Origin: Bryobacteraceae bacterium
GTDB taxonomy: Bacteria > Acidobacteriota > Terriglobia > Bryobacterales > Bryobacteraceae
Direction: 5' to 3'
DNA: 64,000 nucleotides
NCBI GenBank assembly: GCA_050015435.1
Contig: JBEKBK010000001.1
Span: 15,249 to 79,248 of the forward strand
This document shows positions 50,949 through 59,672 of the stretch, piece after piece (the first letter of the stretch is position 1; each line of letters begins with the position of its first letter). The notes below the pieces were generated by a model that searched no databases, was not told the origin of the DNA, and was given only the letters and a program-made list of their open reading frames with translations. Made by a program: the position numbers and the translations under genes.

Positions 50949-51140
50949 AGCAGCCAAGCCTGACTCAACATCTGCCCGCAAAAGAATCGGCGTGCTTAGT
51001 TGTGTAACTGTTCTATCTCGATCAGGAAAGGATCCGAATGAATGCGGGCTCGTCCCGTCACGTTCATGTCGTGATCCCTCCTTCACCTTGAAAGCGAATA
51101 AGCCGGGGAAAGCCCGCCACACCGTGATACGATCTTCTGA

Positions 51141-51425
51141 ATGCCAACAGAACAAATTGTTGATCTTCTGATTGCCGAACGAGACAAGCTGAACCGAGCC
51201 ATCGAAGCTCTCCAGGGACCGGCGAAGCGTCGAGGAAGACCCCCAAGGAATCTTGCGGTTGTTGCCGCTCCGGCCGCCGCTACCGTCCTACCTGATGCGA
51301 GTTCCGCGTCACCGAAGAGGAAGCGCCGCCGGTTCACGGCCGCTCAACGAAAAGCCTTCGGTGACCGCATGAAAGCTTACTGGGCGGCGAAACGGAAGAC
51401 TAAGTCCAAGACCAAAACGGCGTAG
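51141..51425 (+). CDS. Small basic protein with AT-hook (RRGRPPR) and Lys/Arg-rich tail
   Basis: 94 aa. N-terminal helix, AT-hook core RGRP, KRKRRRF, C-terminal RMKAYWAAKRKTKSKTKTA. Confidence 0.5.
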   Translation: MPTEQIVDLLIAERDKLNRAIEALQGPAKRRGRPPRNLAVVAAPAAATVLPDASSASPKRKRRRFTAAQRKAFGDRMKAYWAAKRKTKSKTKTA

Positions 51426-51443
51426 TGGGGCTGCCGGAAGTCG

Positions 51444-52115
51444 CTATGTTCGACGGCCAACCGGCCCTCCAGCTCGACTTCTTCGAAGAACCTGATCGAA
51501 GCTCGCGTTTCCGTCTGAAATAGCTTCAGTGACTTCCACGCCCACATGGAACTCGGTTCCTGCCTTACAAACGCAGTTACGAACGAGGCCCGATACGGTC
51601 GTATCGTTGACGCGGATTTCCACCTCTGTGTTGAGCTCTAACCGGAAGGGCACGGACACACGAACGCCTGTTGGTGACACGTCCAGGACCCGAACCCCGG
51701 CGACCCCGGCGTCCTTGCTATTGAGTAGCGTGGGATGATTTACGCAGCTGCGCGCATCCATTCTTCGGTCGCGTCCATTGTGGGCCGGAAGGTTGGCGGG
51801 CGCTGCACCTTTCATCGCTGCCGGTGGCACTCTGTGGACTCGAGCTGAGTCCAACGCTGCGCCGATTTCGTTATCGCTGGTGCGAAGTTGTTGTTCCCTT
51901 AGTTTCTGCCTTATGCTCTGAAGCCGAAATCTTCGGAATATAAAAACCACTCCAACCCCAATAAGACAGACCCCGGCACCGAGAATCTTCAGAGAGACGC
52001 TTGCAGGGGTCTTCAGGTCATCGACCGAAACGATGAAAAGAATTGACGCAATCGTCAGAAACTGGCCCGTCAACAACAGCAGACCGAACTTCTGATCCCG
52101 CTGTTGCCGATTCAT
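51444..52115 (-). CDS. Membrane protein with C-terminal PilZ-like domain
   Basis: ATG at 52115 (MNRQQRDQKF..). Two TM helices, then GVRVLDVSPTGVRVSVPFRLELNTEVEIRV.. The longer 52370 start would overlap the divergent GNAT gene. Confidence 0.6.
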   Translation of the reverse strand: MNRQQRDQKFGLLLLTGQFLTIASILFIVSVDDLKTPASVSLKILGAGVCLIGVGVVFIFRRFRLQSIRQKLREQQLRTSDNEIGAALDSARVHRVPPAAMKGAAPANLPAHNGRDRRMDARSCVNHPTLLNSKDAGVAGVRVLDVSPTGVRVSVPFRLELNTEVEIRVNDTTVSGLVRNCVCKAGTEFHVGVEVTEAISDGNASFDQVLRRSRAGGPVGRRT

Positions 52116-52303
52116 ACTCAGGTCCGCAACTTGACTTGTCTCCGTGGTCGGCACGCTGAATCTCAGGCACGTAGGGCTCCAAAGCTTGACTGACGAGGAG
52201 ATTGAAAATTTAACGGTTCGATTAACTGCCGAATCCCCGGCGAAGCCAGAATGTCCCAATGCAGGGGCCAATCTGTCGCTGACGCGGCGGTGCTGTCGCA
52301 ATA

Positions 52304-52924
52304 ATGGAAAGAGTGAATCAAACAGAGTCGTTCGCCATTCGTCGCGCAACTCCGGAAGACATCTCCGCACTACAGGTTCTCATCGACTTGTCCGTGCGCG
52401 CCCTTCAGGCGCCGGATTACTCGCCGGCGCAGATAGAAGGCGCTCTTGGCACGGTTTTTGGCGTGGACAGCCAACTGATCGCGGACGGAACGTATTTTGT
52501 CGTAGAGGCCTCGTGTCAAGGACACAACACGATAGTCGGCTGCGGCGGTTGGAGTAAGCGCAAGACCCTCTTTGGCGGCGATCACCGCTCGGGCCGAGAA
52601 GACCGTTTGCTCGAACCGCTTTTGGAACCGGCCAAGATCCGCGCTTTTTTTGTACATCCAGCATGGGCTCGGCGGGGCATCGGCAGCATGATTCTAGAGG
52701 CTTGTGAGCGTGCTGCTGAAGAGGCAGGCTTCAACGCGTTCGAAATGGGCGCCACCATAACTGGCGAACGTCTATACCGGACCAGAGGCTACCAGGCTAT
52801 TGACCGGATCGACGTTCTGCTGGCCAACGGCGTCTTGCTCCCGATTATCCGCATGTCAAAAAAGGCTTCGAATGGAGAAGGCTGGGGCAGGATCGATCAA
52901 GACGGCGGGCCGCCCGCCCGCTAA
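52304..52924 (+). CDS. GNAT-family N-acetyltransferase
   Basis: FAIRRATPEDISALQ.. and FVHPAWARRGIGSMILEACE acetyl-CoA block. Confidence 0.8.
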   Translation: MERVNQTESFAIRRATPEDISALQVLIDLSVRALQAPDYSPAQIEGALGTVFGVDSQLIADGTYFVVEASCQGHNTIVGCGGWSKRKTLFGGDHRSGREDRLLEPLLEPAKIRAFFVHPAWARRGIGSMILEACERAAEEAGFNAFEMGATITGERLYRTRGYQAIDRIDVLLANGVLLPIIRMSKKASNGEGWGRIDQDGGPPAR

Positions 52925-52933
52925 GATCGATCA

Positions 52934-53194
52934 GTGGGCCTAGGAACAAAATCCTCATCCAAGGCTGAGGCGATCGCACTCGCCGACGCACACCTCGCGG
53001 CGATCGCCTTTATCGAGGAACACCTTTTCGAACCGATGACCGTCAAGAGCATCGCCGCAAGTTCCGGCTTCTCGCCGTCGCGGTTTTCCGGAGGATTGAC
53101 CCGACTCCAGGGCGAAAGCGTAATGGCGTACGTACGTGGCCGCCGTCTGGACGCCGCTTCGTGCCTTCTGATTCCCGTTCGGCATCCGGCGTAA
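52934..53194 (+). pseudogene. Truncated AraC-family HTH fragment
   Basis: Contains only the first HTH and linker (IAFIEEHLFEPMTVKSIAASSGFSPSRFSGGLTRLQGESVMAYVRGRRLDAASCLL). The sensor domain and second HTH are missing. Confidence 0.5.
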
Positions 53195-53210
53195 CGTTCG
53201 CGGTTACGGT

Positions 53211-53702
53211 CTAAGTAAGGGCCTGCCTCAGATATCCAGCCACGTCGCTCACGAAGTGGTGAACCGAAACCTCGGCGACACGGTAGCCGACGATTGCGTT
53301 CAGGGCTTTTCCGACCGCACCAAGCGGTGGTTCGTAAAGGCCCGAGAAATCCAACTGCGTTTCGGTGCGGGTCAATGAATAAATCGAGAGTTCCGCCTTC
53401 ATGAGCGGGAACAGGCTTGGCATTTTCGCCGCCTGCCATTCAAGCTGCAATCGGGTGACGGGGCCCGCCATGGCGTCGGATCCCTTCTCTTCGATTTTCT
53501 TGACGGAGATGATGATATCGGCTTCGACCCCGATTCCACCGATGTCCACGCGCAATTCGGAGGCGACTGATCGCGCCCGCGAGGCAGCAGCTTTGGTAGC
53601 CGACTGGAACACCGCAAGCGCGTCTTTGTTCAACGCATCGCGGACTTGTTCATAGGGGTGGTTAACGTAGTCATAGCAGCGAAGTTCACGCCCTTTACTC
53701 AT
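53211..53702 (-). CDS. Hypothetical protein (possibly SRPBCC-fold)
   Basis: 163-aa clean ORF. No motif recognised with confidence. Confidence 0.55.
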   Translation of the reverse strand: MSKGRELRCYDYVNHPYEQVRDALNKDALAVFQSATKAAASRARSVASELRVDIGGIGVEADIIISVKKIEEKGSDAMAGPVTRLQLEWQAAKMPSLFPLMKAELSIYSLTRTETQLDFSGLYEPPLGAVGKALNAIVGYRVAEVSVHHFVSDVAGYLRQALT

Positions 53703-53831
53703 CGGAAAGGCTCCATCTTCTGGTCAAGCTGAGTCGAGCGAACTGTCCCATACTGCAATCGTAGCCGATGTTGCAGATCATCTTCGACAAAGCCGAAAGC
53801 GCCCGACTGAGTGCGGAACGGTCGCAGCGGT

Positions 53832-54425
53832 CTACTCGGGAACCTTAGCGGATTGAGACGCGACGGCTCTCCACATGCCCTTCTGCTTTACGAATACATC
53901 CGTCCAAATATATTTTCCACTGGAGTCCTTGCCATATTCCCTGCTCTTTTCGGTATCGCTTCCGGTCACAACGGCAGTGTTGCCAAAGATGCGAACCTTC
54001 ATGGGGCCAATTTCAATGTTGTCCAGCGAATTACTGGGCGATTTCAGGTCCGCGAGCGCTTTGGCCTTGTCCGATATCTCGCCGTCCCAGCCAAGTCCCA
54101 CCCAGTCATCCGCGAGAATGTCCCGCAGCTTGTCCACATTCCTGGTCTTCTGCGCATCCGACCAATTGATTTCGATCTGCTTGAGTTCATCTTCGGCGGC
54201 CTTGCCCGAAGCTGCTCGTTTTTGGGCGAGCACTATTCCGGCGCACAGCGCAATCATTAACGGCGTCGCGCTATCAGTCGCTTCATCATAAGCGTCCTCT
54301 TGGTTATAAGCGTCCTCTTGGTTCTCAAACGGGTTTCCTGTCTTGGCGGCCGAACGAGCGTAACGCTCGAACACATCCCATACGCTCACGTCCGTAGTCG
54401 CTCGCGGCAAATTAATCTGGATCAT
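53832..54425 (-). CDS. SnoaL/NTF2-like (DUF4440-like) protein with unusual acidic N-terminal extension
   Basis: C-terminal 120 aa LKQIEINWSDAQKTRNVDKLRDILADDWVGL..FGNTAVVTG..IWTDVFVKQKGMWRAVASQ. Contains the 18-bp tandem duplication. Confidence 0.65.
   Translation of the reverse strand: MIQINLPRATTDVSVWDVFERYARSAAKTGNPFENQEDAYNQEDAYDEATDSATPLMIALCAGIVLAQKRAASGKAAEDELKQIEINWSDAQKTRNVDKLRDILADDWVGLGWDGEISDKAKALADLKSPSNSLDNIEIGPMKVRIFGNTAVVTGSDTEKSREYGKDSSGKYIWTDVFVKQKGMWRAVASQSAKVPE
54288..54323. repeat. Perfect 18-bp tandem duplication inside the DUF4440-like gene
   Basis: ATAAGCGTCCTCTTGGTT x2, encoding NQEDAY twice on the minus strand. Confidence 0.9.
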
Positions 54426-54684
54426 CGGTCAACCGGGTGCCTCTTCAAATGGCCGATCTCCTCTTCTAGTATCCGGACCCGATTCATCAGAGCGACAACA
54501 AGGGTGTCTTCAGTCTAGTGAAACGCCTTGTCCCGAGGTTCTTATTGCGCGAATCCGCTCAGAAATCACACCATAGCGCCATTTGCCACGTATCGGTTCC
54601 GAAGTTCTGCGAAAGTCCGAGAGCAAGTGCGACGATTCTTTTGCCGAAGACGACTGGATCTAAAGCTCAAGGGTGAACAGCAAC

Positions 54685-55278
54685 TCAGTGGTGTAGGCTG
54701 CGACCAAGACCGGCGCGCCCGACGAACTCTGCCAGCAGGCAATCCAGAGCGGTCCAGTCGGTGTACTCATGATCCCGAGAGGTATCAGTGCTCCCGCCAA
54801 CACGTTTCGCGGCCTGCTTCATGACGAACCGTCGAAAGAAATTATATTTGGTGTATCGGAGCGCCCCGGCCACGGCCTTGATACTCCCCGGATGCCAGCC
54901 TGTTTCTGCGAGAAATGCGTCGATCATTCGTTGGACGCTGGCATTAGCGCGTGCGCGAAGCGTCGGCGTTGCGCTTTTATCTTCGACTCCAGCCTGCGAG
55001 AGGCTCATCGACAGGAACACGGTGGGAATCCGCTCCAGTTCCTTCCGATAGCTCTTCACGAAATCGACCATTTCCGGCTCGTGGCGTTCCCGGTGAACCG
55101 AAGCGGCCACAATTGCCGCTGTGCAGCCGTCAAACGAGAATCCGTGAGGTAACAGTCCAGCGTGAACGACATCAGGCCGCAGTCCCAGGCGACGTATCGA
55201 CGCAGCCAAGTAATCCACGATGCGATAGGTCTGCCCCTCACGGGTGGCGTAGATCACAGCGATTGACTCGGTAGGCAT
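54685..55278 (-). CDS. Flavodoxin-domain protein (HemG-like)
   Basis: ATG at 55278 gives MPTESIAVIYATREGQTYRIVDYLA, typical of long flavodoxin-like/HemG proteins. Confidence 0.7.
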   Translation of the reverse strand: MPTESIAVIYATREGQTYRIVDYLAASIRRLGLRPDVVHAGLLPHGFSFDGCTAAIVAASVHRERHEPEMVDFVKSYRKELERIPTVFLSMSLSQAGVEDKSATPTLRARANASVQRMIDAFLAETGWHPGSIKAVAGALRYTKYNFFRRFVMKQAAKRVGGSTDTSRDHEYTDWTALDCLLAEFVGRAGLGRSLHH

Positions 55279-55522
55279 ACAGCTCGCCTCTTTAGATATG
55301 CAAACGACGCACCAGGGGAGCGGGCAGGGAAACACCACAAAACAATCATTTGAACAACGTCCGTTCTGCGTGTCTTCACCCCTTTTGGGATTACGCAAAC
55401 CATGGATGATGCGCTAATAGCCGCTATAAAACGCAGGGCTGACGATGTAAGTGGCTGAACCCACATGACTGTCCAGACGGAGGCGAGCGTGCATCTATTT
55501 GTCTTGAGATACCCAGTCTGAA

Positions 55523-55540
55523 GTGCGCCAGATGGCGCAC
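55523..55540. promoter_or_regulatory. Perfect palindrome, candidate operator upstream of the 55566 ORF
   Basis: GTGCGCCA GA TGGCGCAC, 25 nt upstream of the ATG. The AGGAGG RBS follows. Confidence 0.35.
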
Positions 55541-55565
55541 AGTTGCATGATTAGGAGGATCGGAA

Positions 55566-55856
55566 ATGCCCTGCGACGAGTGGTGCAGACTTCTAGAGCG
55601 GTATCGCAGCGCCGTTAATCGGTATAACGAAGCGGCCAATAATCTTGGCCTGGTGCCGGGTAGAGAGTTCAACGCGGCATGGCAGCGCGCGGAGCAGGCC
55701 CGCAAGGGGGCAGAGAACTGCCGCGCCGACCTACTGCACCATGAGCACGAACACGCCTGCCTAGTAGGGGCTGGACAGCCGGAAGTCCACTATGGGATCT
55801 ACGATGTAGACACCGAAGAATTCATCCTCGGTGATCAAGGCCAGTCCGGAGGATGA
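55566..55856 (+). CDS. Hypothetical small protein (Cys/His-rich)
   Basis: Strong RBS AGGAGG 6 nt upstream. 96 aa with a HHEHEHAC stretch. Confidence 0.5.
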   Translation: MPCDEWCRLLERYRSAVNRYNEAANNLGLVPGREFNAAWQRAEQARKGAENCRADLLHHEHEHACLVGAGQPEVHYGIYDVDTEEFILGDQGQSGG

Positions 55857-56101
55857 ATTTTCCGATTGCTCCTCAATTGGGAGGTGGGCCATGCGCGGAA
55901 TCGGTTAAGCTAGCGCACCGACGCGTAGCGTCCGCCGATTTCACGCCTTAGCGGGCGGCGATTCGACCGTCTAGCGCCTTCTGGAAATGAGTCCGGAGTG
56001 CACTGTCGCGCCGTCACTTTAAGGTCCTGGAAATCTGGACAGTATCGAGCCATCCCCTCACAATCGGAGCGTCCTGCGATACTGAGGAACGCGCCCCCGA
56101 C

Positions 56102-57850
56102 GTGAAAACAAAACCTGGCAAGAGCTTCCTGAGCAAATTTATCCGGTCCGCCGGCATGGCGGTGCTGGGCTTCGCGGCGGCTGCGGTTCCGCTTCATCTG
56201 CTTCTGCGAAAGCAAGTGGTTGGCGCCCCGGAGGATATCCGCTCCCAAGGCTGGCCCATCCGCCTTATGCAGGTGCTTTTCGCCAAATACGTTCTCCGGT
56301 GGATCGACGTCGAGGGGCTGGAAAATCTTCCTGAAGGTTCCTACCTGGTGGCCGCCAACCACGCTTACAAATCGGGCGTGGATGGATTCATTCTCGGCCA
56401 CTTGCTGGCCACCTGCGCTCGCCGCGTGCCGCGCATCGTTATCACAGCGGACAATCGCACCTGGGTGGTGCGGGCCGAACGCTGGGTGCTCCATCACTAC
56501 GGGATTGCTCTGCTGGTGGGCGATCCGGCCACGGGACACCGCCAGGGGATGTCGGACACCATCGCCGCATACCTTCGGGAGAGCAAGCGCCGTGCTGTCA
56601 TCATATTCCCGGCTGGCCGCGCGATTGCAGATCCGGTTCTGCAACTGAAAGGCTGGAGTACTGGCGCCGTGGTCGCAGCGATGAAGGGCAATTGTCCCGT
56701 GGTTCCGGTCGCGATCGGCGGGTTGCGCCTGGACTGGACTCCTGAGACCGTGGTCTTCTCCGCCATCGAAGCGGACGGAAAAGCGCCGACAGGTAGTGAG
56801 GACCCGCCTTTTCGCATCCACGTCCGCATCGGCAAGCCCATCAGGCCGTCGGGCGATCCTCATGCGGACATCGAGCAACTGCGTGATGTCATCGCTGTCC
56901 TGATGCAGCGGATCCCCGGTTTGCGGCCCGCTCCCGGTGAATCCGATCCTGCCTTCGGCAAGTTGACCCTACGCGATGGCCGCACTTTGGCGTATATGGA
57001 TCGTGGCCCGCGCACAGGCACTCCAATTCTCCACTTTCACAGTTTTCAGGGCTCGCGCCTGGAGCGCATGGCCGCCCACGACGACCTTCTCGCGAAGCTC
57101 AACATCCGTCTGGTCTCTCCCGACCGTCCCGGCATCGGCCTCTCCACGCCCGCGCGTGACCGCACGGTTGTCGGTTGGGCGGCCGACGTGCGCCAGTTGG
57201 CCGACCACCTTCTGGGACCGGGACAACCTTTCTCCATCCTCGGTTTTTCCGCCGGGGCAACGTATGCACTAGCCTGCGGTCGACTTCCTGGACTGCGGGC
57301 CATCGCTCTGGTCAGCAGTCTGGGCCTGCCTCATCTGATCGCCAACTGGCGGCGCTTCTCGCAGGAAACCTGGCGCATCCTGCTTTCGGCCAAGCTGGCG
57401 AACTTTCGCGCAGCGACCTTCCTCAAGATCGAAAAGCGGCACCGCGACCGCCTCTTCAACCACTGGGAGAGCTACTTCGAAGACGTCAAACGCGGACTTT
57501 CGACGGACGACCAGCAGGTCCTCTCGCAGCCGGAAGTGGAGGAATCCTTCCGCCAGAACCGTCGTGAGAGCTATGCGCAGGGTCCCGGTTACCTGCTGCA
57601 GGAAGTCCAGGCGCTCTATTCCGACCCCCGCATCGACCTCACCCATCTGGCGGCCTGCACCGTGCTGATCACGCACGGCATTGACGACCAGGTCGTGCCC
57701 GTTGAAGTCGCGCGCGATCTGCATTCCAGGATTCCCGGCAGTGGGTTCCAGGAACTACCGCGGCGCGGTCACTATTTTGTGTATGAGCCGGATGAGATGG
57801 AGAATCTGCTGACGGCGCTGCTGAAGGCACACCGGAACTGTCCTGGATAG
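56102..57850 (+). CDS. Fusion protein: PlsC-type acyltransferase + alpha/beta-hydrolase
   Basis: N-terminal TM, HX4D (ANHAYKSGVDGF) and FPAGRA blocks. C-terminal half has HFHSFQGS.., GFSAGA nucleophile elbow and a HGIDDQVVP..GH triad region. Confidence 0.8.
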   Translation: MKTKPGKSFLSKFIRSAGMAVLGFAAAAVPLHLLLRKQVVGAPEDIRSQGWPIRLMQVLFAKYVLRWIDVEGLENLPEGSYLVAANHAYKSGVDGFILGHLLATCARRVPRIVITADNRTWVVRAERWVLHHYGIALLVGDPATGHRQGMSDTIAAYLRESKRRAVIIFPAGRAIADPVLQLKGWSTGAVVAAMKGNCPVVPVAIGGLRLDWTPETVVFSAIEADGKAPTGSEDPPFRIHVRIGKPIRPSGDPHADIEQLRDVIAVLMQRIPGLRPAPGESDPAFGKLTLRDGRTLAYMDRGPRTGTPILHFHSFQGSRLERMAAHDDLLAKLNIRLVSPDRPGIGLSTPARDRTVVGWAADVRQLADHLLGPGQPFSILGFSAGATYALACGRLPGLRAIALVSSLGLPHLIANWRRFSQETWRILLSAKLANFRAATFLKIEKRHRDRLFNHWESYFEDVKRGLSTDDQQVLSQPEVEESFRQNRRESYAQGPGYLLQEVQALYSDPRIDLTHLAACTVLITHGIDDQVVPVEVARDLHSRIPGSGFQELPRRGHYFVYEPDEMENLLTALLKAHRNCPG

Positions 57851-57894
57851 ACATCTCGTTTTTGCCTGGCACCGACGCAGGGCATTGACTGCGC

Positions 57895-58914
57895 TTATTT
57901 CTCGGCCGCGTCCGCTTTGCGAGCCCCACCCAAGATGTCCGTCAGCGCGTAATTCCCCTCCTGACAGGCGTACTCGAAAATTGGCCCTTTCGTCGCGACA
58001 AACGGATATTCCAGGGTCCACTGCCCCGTAAAGGCTGCGGGATCATCAATGGTAGCGCGGTAGAGGATCGTATCAGCGTCGGCCCTTTGAAAGCGTTCGA
58101 TGACGTGAAGGTCCGGAGAGGATCCCCGGAAACTGGTCTGATCCGTGAAGTTAGTCGTGTCGACGACCAACGTGTCGCCATCCCAGTGACCGATCGAATC
58201 GCCCAGCCATTGGCGGACGTTCTTGGGCGCGTGGGTACCATTCATCCGGATGATACGGACGTCATGTACCATCTCAACCAGGATCATCACAGCCTCTGGA
58301 GTCTGCACAATTTGATAATTATTGTTGTAAAGGACCGGAAGCATCGGTGGTCCGGAGGTCGACCCGAATCCTAGAAGGCACCGCTCGGCGAGCGGCCGAT
58401 CCGCGACCTTATCATAGCGGTTCGCATCCCGCGCTCGTGCTGCATTCCGCTGCCGCGCCTCCTCGCTGATTGGCGGAATCTTCCCATCCGGCGGATCGAC
58501 AATCAGCGACGTCCGCTTGAGTCCATCTACTCTGGCGAGCTCCGATCCCCGATCCACAAACTGCTTGTTGACCCAGCCAACTTCGGGCGAGCCGGTGGCC
58601 CCGATCAATGGGGAATCGGCTTTATCCGTATCATTGGTCTCGTGATCTTTCTGTTCGTACGCCCACGCTTCGGCGTCAGTGAGCGTGGCTTTTCCTGCCA
58701 GTGCCGCCGGCCGTTCCAGCGGCGTGATTGTCGCGTTGGTCCAAATACCCTGCAGGTCGGGGTGCCGATCTGGAGTGCGGGGCATCGTCCAAGTCTTGGG
58801 CTTCGCGGCTGGCGGTGACATTGGCGGGGCGCCCGGCACCTGCCCGAAAAGAGGCATTGCCAGAGCGACCGCGGCGGCGCGCACAAATGCCAAGTGTCGA
58901 TCGCTTATGGTCAT
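57895..58914 (-). CDS. Exported conserved hypothetical protein
   Basis: Signal peptide. 339-aa clean ORF. No family recognised. Confidence 0.7.
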   Translation of the reverse strand: MTISDRHLAFVRAAAVALAMPLFGQVPGAPPMSPPAAKPKTWTMPRTPDRHPDLQGIWTNATITPLERPAALAGKATLTDAEAWAYEQKDHETNDTDKADSPLIGATGSPEVGWVNKQFVDRGSELARVDGLKRTSLIVDPPDGKIPPISEEARQRNAARARDANRYDKVADRPLAERCLLGFGSTSGPPMLPVLYNNNYQIVQTPEAVMILVEMVHDVRIIRMNGTHAPKNVRQWLGDSIGHWDGDTLVVDTTNFTDQTSFRGSSPDLHVIERFQRADADTILYRATIDDPAAFTGQWTLEYPFVATKGPIFEYACQEGNYALTDILGGARKADAAEK

Positions 58915-59023
58915 CTCCTCAGAGGTTGTCTCAAGGACGGTTTCGAGTGGCTCCCATTGTACTTAATGAAGATCCCTTCCGGCCAACCAGCCAGAAGACG
59001 GCCTTCCTTTTTTGAGCCTTCGT

Positions 59024-59368
59024 CTATCCCTCTATCTTCAACAGCTGGCTTTCACGGTGAACGAATTTGTGATTGCACGCCTCACACTGGCCAACGGATC
59101 CAGGCTCGCCTGCGGCAGCGGGAGAACCGCAGTAGGGACAATGTCCAGCGTAGGCGGGTTTGTTGCTGCTAAACATTCCAACCACGTGCGTAAGCGCGAT
59201 TAGACCGGCGGTGATCATGAGTGCCGGTCCAACCACCCAACCGAGAACCGGAACCACCAAGAGAAACACACCGACACTAAAGATCACCACAGCCGCTATC
59301 CCTCCGCCAGCGAACATCTCGAATCGCCCCGGTGGGTCGATTCTCGTAACAGCGCTATCTATTGTCAT
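59024..59368 (-). CDS. Small membrane protein with C-terminal zinc-ribbon (CPYC..CEAC)
   Basis: Two TM helices followed by CPYCGSPAAAGEPGSVGQCEACNHKF. Confidence 0.55.
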   Translation of the reverse strand: MTIDSAVTRIDPPGRFEMFAGGGIAAVVIFSVGVFLLVVPVLGWVVGPALMITAGLIALTHVVGMFSSNKPAYAGHCPYCGSPAAAGEPGSVGQCEACNHKFVHRESQLLKIEG

Positions 59369-59672
59369 GGCACCGAACGCCTATCTTGGCGCACCTCCAG
59401 TTATGACTGGGCAATTCATGGACCAAGCGCAAGCAGATTGCTTCTCTACGAAGTCCCCATTTTTCCAGTGGGATAAGCGGCACTGCTCGCCGCTATCGGG
59501 TCTGATTATTCGCCAAAGCGCGCAACCGTAACGGTCCGCGCATGGTCTAATCGCCGTTTGGCTCAAGGAGCCCAAGTCGGCATGCGAGACGACTCAGTGA
59601 GCTGGGCATTACCCTGGAGGCAGATGGACACGAACCACGCAATTAGCTTGGCAAGATTGGGGGTAAGCTGTG

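Noticed and set aside
52116-52370. 85-codon N-terminal extension of the PilZ-membrane ORF
   Set aside because: It overlaps the divergent GNAT gene start. The internal ATG at 52115 begins just before the TM helices.
55910-56878. 322-aa minus-strand ORF
   Set aside because: Antisense to the PlsC-hydrolase fusion, whose HX4D and hydrolase motifs are clear. The product is Arg-rich with no motifs.
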